NCBI GenBank assembly: GCA_964575955.1
Contig: CAZNTG010000009.1
Location: 32,001-96,000, forward strand
Source: an uncultured Thermoproteaceae archaeon
GTDB lineage: Archaea; Thermoproteota; Thermoprotei; Thermoproteales; Thermocladiaceae
Length of the DNA stretch: 64,000 nucleotides
Reading direction: 5' to 3'
Every line of letters begins with the position of its first letter. The first letter of the stretch is position 1. This document shows, piece after piece, positions 9,514 through 17,781 of the stretch. The notes under the pieces were generated by a model. It worked only from the letters and a program-made list of their open reading frames with translations. It did not search any database and had not been told where the DNA came from. A program made the position numbers and the translations under genes.

Positions 9514-9926
9514 TTTCTCACCTCAACTACTTTAACATCCATACCTTCAATAATTTCAAAATCTGGACTACCACATCTAGGACATCTAGTGTATGCATAT
9601 ATAGTACTTGGAACTAGGTGTACTGCTTCTAGGTATGTTTTTAATAATTCTTTATCCTGTATTGAAGATTCCATACTTTTCAAGACATCATTCCAAGACC
9701 ATACATATCCACATTCTTGACATCTAAATTTAGTATCTTCAATCTCAATATCGTATGAAATATTTTCAAAACCTAGAAGTTTAGCTACTTCATCTAATGC
9801 ATATTTGAAAATTTCTATATCTATCTGTACAAGCTTTCCAACTCTAATTTTGACATATCTTATAGATGTTCCATAAGTATCTTTAATAGATGCTAAAAGA
9901 CCATAAGCAATGCTCCATTCATGCAT
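9510..9926 (-). CDS. hypA: Hydrogenase maturation nickel metallochaperone HypA
   Basis: N-terminal MHE Ni motif; CQEC and CPRC zinc site. Confidence 0.93.
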   Translation of the reverse strand: MHEWSIAYGLLASIKDTYGTSIRYVKIRVGKLVQIDIEIFKYALDEVAKLLGFENISYDIEIEDTKFRCQECGYVWSWNDVLKSMESSIQDKELLKTYLEAVHLVPSTIYAYTRCPRCGSPDFEIIEGMDVKVVEVRK

Positions 9927-9967
9927 TATGAATATTTACATTTTTCACAAATTTATCAGTTACCAAC

Positions 9968-12900
9968 TCATGTCTGTACTCTTCTAATACCAATACGAAC
10001 CTTCTTATCCTCAATATCCCAATCCATTATGAAACAGTCTTCAGGTATCTTATCAATCTTCACTATACTTATAGCTCTAGTCTCATTTTTGATATATTGT
10101 TCAAATTTCTGTACAGATTCTATAATGTCATTATCATCACATGTGTAGTATATCTCTATACGTTCATCAACTTGTAGATTCATTTTTCCACGCATGAATT
10201 GTACTCTTCTAACAAATTCTCTACAATATGCCTCAAGTAGAAGTTCTCTATCAATTTCTCTACTAATACCAACAACACCATAATTAGTCTCTTGACATAC
10301 TAGTGATTCATCACATCTAAACTCTGTCTCACGTATTTCAACTTCTTTAACATTTGCTAAATATTCTAATAGATGCTTAATATGACTTAACAATTTACAA
10401 TCATCAACATTCTTCATATAGATTATAGCTTTTCTGATAGGCCATCTTAACTTTATACCAATTCTATTTCTTAAATCTGCAATGTCTGAAAATACTGTAA
10501 ATAACATATCGAAAGCTTTTTCAATTCTCTCATCTATAAGCTCAATATCAGGTTCTGGAATTCTTGATAGATGAATACTTTCAACCTCACTAGGCTCAAA
10601 CTTTCTTATAAATGCTTGCCATAGATATTCAGATATGTGTGGTATGAATATTGAACCCATTATTAGAGTACCTTTAAGAACTTTATACAGTACTGCATAT
10701 GCCATATACTTAATATCAGACTCTTCCTCAATCCACACTCTCCTTCTTATAAGTCTTAGATAGCCATGACTTAGATCTTCAACTACTAGGTTAATCCACT
10801 CTCTTGCAGCAAGATGAATTTCCATATTCTCCATATAGTCTATAAATCTCCTTAATCTAGAGTTGAATCTTGACAATATCCATCTATCTTCAGGTAGTAG
10901 CTTATCGATATATTTCTCGACATTGTGTATTGCAGGGTTGAATTTGTCAAGACTCATGTATGTTTCTGCGAATTTTACGACATTCCACAATATTGTTAAT
11001 GTTCTCAAACTCTCTTTAATCTCGTCAGGATCGAATGACATTGCATCCCATGGAGCTACTTTATACGCTATGTATAGTCTACATGGATCAACTCCCCATT
11101 TCTCAAAGAGATCTTTAGCCCATATAACATTACCTTTAGACTTACTCATCTTTTGACCATACTTGTCCAATACGTGTCCTTGTATGAGTATTGATCTATA
11201 TGGTGCATATCCTGTCCATAGTACTGATGTTGCTAGTAGTGAATAGAACCATCCTCTAGTCTGATCTATAGCTTCTGTAACCCAATCATATGGATATAAT
11301 TTTTCGAAAAGTTCTCTATTTCTCAAACCGTCTACACTTGCTATCCATGCAACACCACTGTCAAGCCATACGTCAAGTACGAATGGTTCTCTAATCCATT
11401 CATCACAATCTTCTGTACATAGTTTAACCATGTCAATCCACGGTCTATGTACAAGTAGATCATCAGGAACTTGTGGTAACTCTTTTGCAAGCTTTTTCAA
11501 CTCCTCGATACTTCCAATAACTAGGATTTTAGATGGATCTCTTCTACATCTCCATACAGGTAGTGGTGTACCCCAAACTCTACTTCTACTGATAGTCCAA
11601 TCTCTAGCATTTGCAACCCAATTTTCAAATCTATCTCTTAGATGTTCGGGAATTATCTTAACCTTCTTCAACTCTTCAAGCATTCTATCTCTAATAGCTG
11701 TTATCTTTATGAACCACTGTCTATCAGCTCTATATATTAGCGGTGTTCCACATCTCCAACAATGTGGATATTTGTGCACTATAGTTTCCTCATGTACTAG
11801 TAAATCTCTCTCACGTAAAATCTTTATGACCTCTTTAGAAACTTCAAGCCAATACTTACCTGAAAATCTTCCACAATTATCATCAAAATATCCATTAATC
11901 TTAACACTATTAGTTATTGGTAGTCCATACTGTTTAGCTACTTCAAAATCTTCAGGTCCATGTGCAGGAGCCATATGTACAAGTCCTGTACCCATTTCGA
12001 GTGTTACAAAATCTGCTGTAACTATGTAATGTGCATTATCTTCATGTTGTCTATGTATTGGAACATCATCAATAAATATGTGTACATACTTCCTACCCTT
12101 CAACTCATCTCCAAACTTGACTTCAACAATCTCATATTCATCAACATTGAACTTACCCATCAATACGTTTACTAGATCTTCAGCAATCCACCAATATTCA
12201 ATTCTTCCTTTCCATCTTACTTTAACTTTAGCATATCTAAACTTTGGATTTACAGCAATAGCCTCATTATCAATTAATGTCCATGGTGTTGTTGTCCAGA
12301 TTATGTAGTATGTATTTTCCTCATCTTTAGAAGGAAACTTCACAAATATTGAAGGATCTTCACGATCTGCATATCCTAGATCAACTTCAGCATCACTTAA
12401 AGCTGTCTCACATCTAGGACAGAATGGGAGTACTCTATAATCTTCAAAAAGTAGACCTCTACTCCAAGCTTCTTTAATAAATGCCCATACATGCTCTATG
12501 TAGTATGCTCTACGTGTCTCATATGCATTTTCAAGATCTAGCCATAATGCTAGATCTTCAGTTGCATACTTCTTCCAATACTCTAGATAGTAATCTACAA
12601 GCTTGCTACACTCAATACTAAACTTATCAAGACCAAACTTCTCAACATCTTTCTTAGTCTTAAATCCAAGCTTCTTCTCAGTCTCAAGCTCAACAGGAAG
12701 ACCTTGCTCATCCCATCCAGCCTGTGCCCAAACCTCAAAACCTCTCAATCTCTTATACCTGAGAACTATGTCTTTATATGTCCTACCTCTAATATGTCCA
12801 ACATGTGGATAACCATTAGCTGTTGGAGGACCTTCTAAAAATGTGAATAACCTACCTTTCCAAGATACTTCACGCCACTTCTCAGGAATCTTATACTCTC

Positions 12901-12988
12901 TCCAGAAAGTTCTAACAATCTCTTCAACTTTCTTCACATTAAGCCTCTGGTCTAGTGTGAATCTATCAATAGAAACCACCTTACTCAT
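9968..12988 (-). CDS. ileS: Isoleucine--tRNA ligase
   Basis: GPPTANG.PHVGH, WTTTPWT, DQTRGWF, KMSKS. Confidence 0.97.
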   Translation of the reverse strand: MSKVVSIDRFTLDQRLNVKKVEEIVRTFWREYKIPEKWREVSWKGRLFTFLEGPPTANGYPHVGHIRGRTYKDIVLRYKRLRGFEVWAQAGWDEQGLPVELETEKKLGFKTKKDVEKFGLDKFSIECSKLVDYYLEYWKKYATEDLALWLDLENAYETRRAYYIEHVWAFIKEAWSRGLLFEDYRVLPFCPRCETALSDAEVDLGYADREDPSIFVKFPSKDEENTYYIIWTTTPWTLIDNEAIAVNPKFRYAKVKVRWKGRIEYWWIAEDLVNVLMGKFNVDEYEIVEVKFGDELKGRKYVHIFIDDVPIHRQHEDNAHYIVTADFVTLEMGTGLVHMAPAHGPEDFEVAKQYGLPITNSVKINGYFDDNCGRFSGKYWLEVSKEVIKILRERDLLVHEETIVHKYPHCWRCGTPLIYRADRQWFIKITAIRDRMLEELKKVKIIPEHLRDRFENWVANARDWTISRSRVWGTPLPVWRCRRDPSKILVIGSIEELKKLAKELPQVPDDLLVHRPWIDMVKLCTEDCDEWIREPFVLDVWLDSGVAWIASVDGLRNRELFEKLYPYDWVTEAIDQTRGWFYSLLATSVLWTGYAPYRSILIQGHVLDKYGQKMSKSKGNVIWAKDLFEKWGVDPCRLYIAYKVAPWDAMSFDPDEIKESLRTLTILWNVVKFAETYMSLDKFNPAIHNVEKYIDKLLPEDRWILSRFNSRLRRFIDYMENMEIHLAAREWINLVVEDLSHGYLRLIRRRVWIEEESDIKYMAYAVLYKVLKGTLIMGSIFIPHISEYLWQAFIRKFEPSEVESIHLSRIPEPDIELIDERIEKAFDMLFTVFSDIADLRNRIGIKLRWPIRKAIIYMKNVDDCKLLSHIKHLLEYLANVKEVEIRETEFRCDESLVCQETNYGVVGISREIDRELLLEAYCREFVRRVQFMRGKMNLQVDERIEIYYTCDDNDIIESVQKFEQYIKNETRAISIVKIDKIPEDCFIMDWDIEDKKVRIGIRRVQT

Positions 12989-13021
12989 AGCTCAATCTAG
13001 GTCATGTTATAAATATTACCT

Positions 13022-13582
13022 TCATGGAGTCCACCACTCAAATGCTACTAAGTCAATCCTATTTTCAACTCTATTCCACGTAGCTAACACAAACCTCTTA
13101 TTAACACTATGTGAAAGTCTAGCTGCTCTAGTAATATCTAGAGCATTTATATCACGATCAGGATCTATGAAGTGTATAAGCATTGGTGCATGATCAATTC
13201 CAGGACCTCTTTCATATATTGCAAATAATGCTCCAAATTTAAGACCACTCTTAACTACATAACCTCTATCTCTAAAGTATCTATATATTTGATATATCTT
13301 ATCAAAATTCTTTATATATCTTCTACCTCTCTCGTACAACTCCTCAATACTAACTTTAGAACTGTCAGGTCTGTACACTTCTAAAATACCCTTCTCAACT
13401 AGGTATAGAGCCTCTATCAATGATAGTTGTAGTGGTGTTGAAATTTTATCAACTTCATCAGGTTTAACTTTGTCGTATCCTATAAATTTTCCATAGAAAC
13501 CCATCTTATATAACATTCTAGAATGTTCAATATTTGGTATTATTACTGAACTATCTGTGAGTATTCCAACAATCTTACTCAT
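13022..13582 (-). CDS. endA: tRNA-splicing endonuclease, catalytic subunit
   Basis: LSLIEALYL, RGYVVKSGLKFG, YERGPGIDHA, RLSHSVNK. Confidence 0.93.
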   Translation of the reverse strand: MSKIVGILTDSSVIIPNIEHSRMLYKMGFYGKFIGYDKVKPDEVDKISTPLQLSLIEALYLVEKGILEVYRPDSSKVSIEELYERGRRYIKNFDKIYQIYRYFRDRGYVVKSGLKFGALFAIYERGPGIDHAPMLIHFIDPDRDINALDITRAARLSHSVNKRFVLATWNRVENRIDLVAFEWWTP

Positions 13583-13588
13583 GGTATA

Positions 13589-13999
13589 TTATGAAGATCT
13601 AAATGCTCTCACAGTAGCCATGGTGTTATCAGCAATTCCAAGTCTTTTTAATTCATTCTCATTACACCAAACCTCATTTTTTGGAACGTTTACATCAAGT
13701 ATTACATCAAAGACATATCTTCTCTCTCTAGATCCACCACCTACAACTACAATCTCAACCTTATCCTTGATCTCAAGTTCTTGTGCAAGCTCAGGATTTA
13801 TTCTAGCCTTACCTTCATCAACATTCTTACTTCTCCTAACTCTAAGTCTTCTCTCCTTTCTTTCACGCTTCTCCTCTTTTCTAAACATGTCAGGTCTTAG
13901 GAATGATGGTATTATTAGTTTAGGCTGTGGTTCAGATTCTACCTTACTCTCACGTTCAACTTCTTCACTCTTCTTCTCTTCTGGTTTTGACATGTCCAT
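13589..13999 (-). CDS. Hypothetical protein, stand-alone CDC48-N/double-psi beta-barrel-like domain
   Basis: Twofold pattern ARINPELAQELEI.D.V / VWCNENELKRLGIAD after a charged N-terminal tail. Confidence 0.6.
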   Translation of the reverse strand: MDMSKPEEKKSEEVERESKVESEPQPKLIIPSFLRPDMFRKEEKRERKERRLRVRRSKNVDEGKARINPELAQELEIKDKVEIVVVGGGSRERRYVFDVILDVNVPKNEVWCNENELKRLGIADNTMATVRAFRSS

Positions 14000-14030
14000 C
14001 TACCTATATAGATGATTCAGATTTTAAAAA

Positions 14031-15836
14031 CTAGCAACGTCTAACTATCTCAAGATTAAGTTTTTCACCAATCTCTAATAGTGATATTCTATTCTCAATT
14101 ACCTGTCTAACTATACCATACACATCATCAATCTTAACTCTAATCTGAGCTTTAGTATCTCTATCTCTCAATGTTACTGTATTATCTTCAACTGTCCTCT
14201 CATCAATAGTTAATGCTATAGGTACGCCAATCTCATCATATTTTGAATATCTATGACCAATACTACCATCATCATCATACACAACTTTCAAACCTTTTCT
14301 AGATAATTCTCTAAATATCTTCATACCAATATCTGTATATGGACTCTTCTTAACTATCGGTAAGATTGCAACTTTTATAGGTGCAATATCTGGAGGTAAT
14401 TTGAGAAGTATCTTACCACCTTCAACAACATTAAATGCATGTTCTATAGTTACGTAGAATATTCTATCAATACCAAATGATGGTTCTACAACGTGTGGTA
14501 TGAATTTTACAGTATGTATTTTACGTTTTTCAACTTTTATAAATACCATCTCCGGAGTTATTTCAAAGTTTTCAATTCTTATAGAGTTTCCTGATCTTAA
14601 GATATCTATCTTATCTCTATCTAAGTTTGATATTATTTTCATAACATCTCTAGCCTTATCACCATATACTTCTCTAATCTTTCCAGGATTTGGATAAACT
14701 CTAACTTCCTCAATTTCTAAAGGCTTTTCAAGCTTTCTCTCAGCTCTAAGTTCTCTACCACTAAACTTCTCATGTCTAGATAAGTCGTAGTCTGTTCTAT
14801 ATGCATGACCACTAACTTCAATCCATCCAAACCTTTCTGAATATACCATCTGGTCAAATGCATATGATGCATAGTGTGCTCTCTCTTCAGGAAGTTTAGC
14901 TAGAAAGTACTGGTGGTCTATAGGTATTCCAAGCTCATTAAGATATACTACTGATAATGCCATGAAGAATGCCATCCACTCATTGGGTACAATCTTCCTC
15001 TCAACAAGTTCATAGACTTTAAATTCTGAAGGTTTGGGATCTCTATTTTCCTCATATGCTCTTCTAGCTTCATCTTCAGTAACAACTCTAACATTTACAT
15101 CTCTAACATCTTCAATATATGGACATTTTGGATTTTCAGGATCGAAAAATAGCTCTATCTCCATCTGAGAAAACTCTCTCAATCTTATAAGTCCCTGTCT
15201 TGGAGAAATCTCATTTCTACCAACTTTACCAATCTGCACAATTCCAAGTGGTAATCTTCTACCTGCAAGATCAAAAACTCTACAGAAAGATACAAACATT
15301 CCCTGTGCAGTTTCTGGTCTAACATATCCAACATTAGTACTGTATGGTCCTATCGTTGTTTTAAATAGAAGATTAAACTTGTATACACTACTAAGCTCAC
15401 CACCACAGTGTGGACATTTTATAGAGTGTTCAATAATTAGTTTTTCAAGATCTTTATCTGTTAAACCTTCAGTCTTAATATGAATACCTCTACTAGAGAG
15501 TACTTCCTCTACTAGATGATCAGCCCTATACTTCCTACCACATTTTGTACATTCTACAACATAGTCAGTAAAGTGTTCAAGATGGCCACTAGCTTTAAAA
15601 ACAATTTCAGGCATTATTATCGGCGTCTCAATTTCATACATTATATCTTGATATGGATATACAAACACTTTTCTCCACTTTTCAATAATATTCTTCTTAA
15701 GCTCAACACCTAGAGGACCATAATCATAGAAACCTCCAACTTCGACAATACTTCTATAAATATCAAAGCTTGGCCATACAAATCCACGAGTTATTAAATA
15801 TTCCATTAATAGCTCACTCTTATCCTTACTAGACAT
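14031..15836 (-). CDS. glyS: Glycine--tRNA ligase (alpha2 type)
   Basis: YDYGPLG, RPETAQG, RNEISPRQG..RLREF, EPSFGIDR. Confidence 0.97.
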   Translation of the reverse strand: MSSKDKSELLMEYLITRGFVWPSFDIYRSIVEVGGFYDYGPLGVELKKNIIEKWRKVFVYPYQDIMYEIETPIIMPEIVFKASGHLEHFTDYVVECTKCGRKYRADHLVEEVLSSRGIHIKTEGLTDKDLEKLIIEHSIKCPHCGGELSSVYKFNLLFKTTIGPYSTNVGYVRPETAQGMFVSFCRVFDLAGRRLPLGIVQIGKVGRNEISPRQGLIRLREFSQMEIELFFDPENPKCPYIEDVRDVNVRVVTEDEARRAYEENRDPKPSEFKVYELVERKIVPNEWMAFFMALSVVYLNELGIPIDHQYFLAKLPEERAHYASYAFDQMVYSERFGWIEVSGHAYRTDYDLSRHEKFSGRELRAERKLEKPLEIEEVRVYPNPGKIREVYGDKARDVMKIISNLDRDKIDILRSGNSIRIENFEITPEMVFIKVEKRKIHTVKFIPHVVEPSFGIDRIFYVTIEHAFNVVEGGKILLKLPPDIAPIKVAILPIVKKSPYTDIGMKIFRELSRKGLKVVYDDDGSIGHRYSKYDEIGVPIALTIDERTVEDNTVTLRDRDTKAQIRVKIDDVYGIVRQVIENRISLLEIGEKLNLEIVRRC

Positions 15837-15896
15837 CGAATCTAGTTTAAGTAAATGTAAATCGAGCTTATAAATAGTGTGTTAAATCTCGACTAC

Positions 15897-16832
15897 ATGA
15901 CTAGTATAGACATACCATACATATATCCAACATATACAACATTTCTACAATGTGAGATAGGTATTGGAGATAGATCACATATACATATTATAGGAATTCC
16001 TCTAGAAGATACTACAAGCTTTAGAAGAGGTACAAGAGATGCACCAAATATAGTTAGAATGGTATCACCATATGTAGAAGTGACAACATCAAGATTAAAA
16101 AATATAGACATTAAAAATATTAGAGATATTGGAAATATAGAACTGGTACATGGAAATATTATGAAGAATATAGAGAGGATAGAGAAAACTATTAGAGAAT
16201 TAGTAAGTAGAGATATACTAAACCTATTAGTGATAGGTGGTGAACATACATTAACATACTCAATAGTGAAGGCATTGAATAGGAAAGGTCTAGTGATCAT
16301 ATTTGATGCTCATCTAGATTCAAGAGATGAATGGCCATATGGTCAGAAATATTCACATGCAACACATCTAAGGAGGATTATTGAAGAGATAGAGAATGTG
16401 TATGTAATTCATATTGGTTCAAGAGCTTACGATAATGAGGAGTTAGAATTCTTAAGAAGGTGTGATAATGTCTTAATTATAAATAGTAGTGATGTTAAGT
16501 CCGTAACGACTAGATTACTGATTAGAGATTTCATATCAACGATATCTAATGTAGAGTTTACATACTTCTCATTAGATTTTGATGTATTTGACATATCTTA
16601 CATGCCTGCTGTATCAAATCCTGAAGGGTATGGAGGTCTAGATCCTCAGAGTGTTATTAAATATCTAAAATTGATACTTGAGTATTGTCCAAATACTACG
16701 CTTAAAATATGTGATTTTGTAGAATACTGCCCAACATTCGATCCTGGATTTGCATATTGTACAACTGTTATAAAGACTATTCTAGACTTTATAGATCTTG
16801 TATACTTATCTAGCTTTGATTCTCTTTGTTGA
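15897..16832 (+). CDS. speB: Agmatinase (arginase family)
   Basis: GGEH, DAHLD, DFDVFD metal ligands; ATG 15897 preferred over GTG 15879 from TATA spacing (15868-15875). Confidence 0.85.
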   Translation: MTSIDIPYIYPTYTTFLQCEIGIGDRSHIHIIGIPLEDTTSFRRGTRDAPNIVRMVSPYVEVTTSRLKNIDIKNIRDIGNIELVHGNIMKNIERIEKTIRELVSRDILNLLVIGGEHTLTYSIVKALNRKGLVIIFDAHLDSRDEWPYGQKYSHATHLRRIIEEIENVYVIHIGSRAYDNEELEFLRRCDNVLIINSSDVKSVTTRLLIRDFISTISNVEFTYFSLDFDVFDISYMPAVSNPEGYGGLDPQSVIKYLKLILEYCPNTTLKICDFVEYCPTFDPGFAYCTTVIKTILDFIDLVYLSSFDSLC

Positions 16833-16961
16833 TGGAGATCTATTCTTCATAATTATTCTATATCCACAGAATGGACATTTAACACCTGATAGATATTCCA
16901 TCTCTTCTTTTGAGAATGATCTACCACATTTAAGGCAAACGTATAGCTTTCTTGAAGACAT
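16806..16961 (-). CDS. rpoP: DNA-directed RNA polymerase subunit P (Rpo12); absent from ORF track
   Basis: Manual translation [51 protein letters not shown], a CxxC..CxxCGYRI zinc ribbon. Confidence 0.93.
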   Translation of the reverse strand: MSSRKLYVCLKCGRSFSKEEMEYLSGVKCPFCGYRIIMKNRSPSTKRIKAR

Positions 16962-16985
16962 GGGAATTCTAGATTGTTGAGGTAT

Positions 16986-17513
16986 TTAAATTATTTTTTC
17001 TATTTTTGCAAGTTTAACAACTCTCTCAACTCCATTAATCTCATCTATAAATTCTGCAACATCTCTAGGTACAAGTTCTCTCCATCTATCATCTCTATGT
17101 GCCATTAATGTTCTTATGTACGTTCCCGAATATTTTTCTCTATTGAAGAATGGTATTTCACTATATTTCAAATTTGCATATTCTAAGCAGAGTTGTGATA
17201 GAGGATCATTTGTGAATACTATATCAAACTTTGGACACCAATGTCTTAGGTATGATGGCCATATTGTATGTGCATCTCCCACTGTGTCAGGAACAGAGCA
17301 TATGTAGACTCTATCTATAATATTTTCTCTCTTCACAACTCTCATAATCATCTCAATCCTCTCACCAACTGTGAATGGATTTTTAAATGTTAATGATACA
17401 TTTGCTGAACCTATAGCAATAATAACTTCATCAACATTATTTAAAATCCACTTAAGAGCTTCTAAATGGCCAAGATGAAATGGTTGAAATCTACCAATAA
17501 ATAATCCACGCAT
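16986..17513 (-). CDS. nadM: Nicotinamide-nucleotide adenylyltransferase
   Basis: GRFQPFHLGH, GSA, NPFT.GER, SGT.IR. Confidence 0.93.
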   Translation of the reverse strand: MRGLFIGRFQPFHLGHLEALKWILNNVDEVIIAIGSANVSLTFKNPFTVGERIEMIMRVVKRENIIDRVYICSVPDTVGDAHTIWPSYLRHWCPKFDIVFTNDPLSQLCLEYANLKYSEIPFFNREKYSGTYIRTLMAHRDDRWRELVPRDVAEFIDEINGVERVVKLAKIEKII

Positions 17514-17574
17514 AGTCCTACATATGGTAGATGTGTAGTCTTAAATTATAACCTCAAATATATTATACATAGCT

Positions 17575-17781
17575 ATGTATGTTATACATAGTGTAAAACC
17601 ATGTGTTAATTATGAAAGATGTGAAGGATGTGGTATATGTATTGAAGTTTGTCAAAAAGGTGCAATATATTTTAAAGATTTAGAGAAAAAGATTATTGAT
17701 ATTAACTTGAAGATATGTTCTCTCTGTTGTTCATGTATTTTAAATTGTAGATTTAGAGCTATTACACTATGCGTATCCTAA
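17575..17781 (+). CDS. 2[4Fe-4S] ferredoxin
   Basis: Two CxxCxxCxxxC motifs. Confidence 0.82.
   Translation: MYVIHSVKPCVNYERCEGCGICIEVCQKGAIYFKDLEKKIIDINLKICSLCCSCILNCRFRAITLCVS

Noticed and set aside
16798-16980. 60-aa plus-strand ORF
   Set aside because: Antisense shadow of rpoP.
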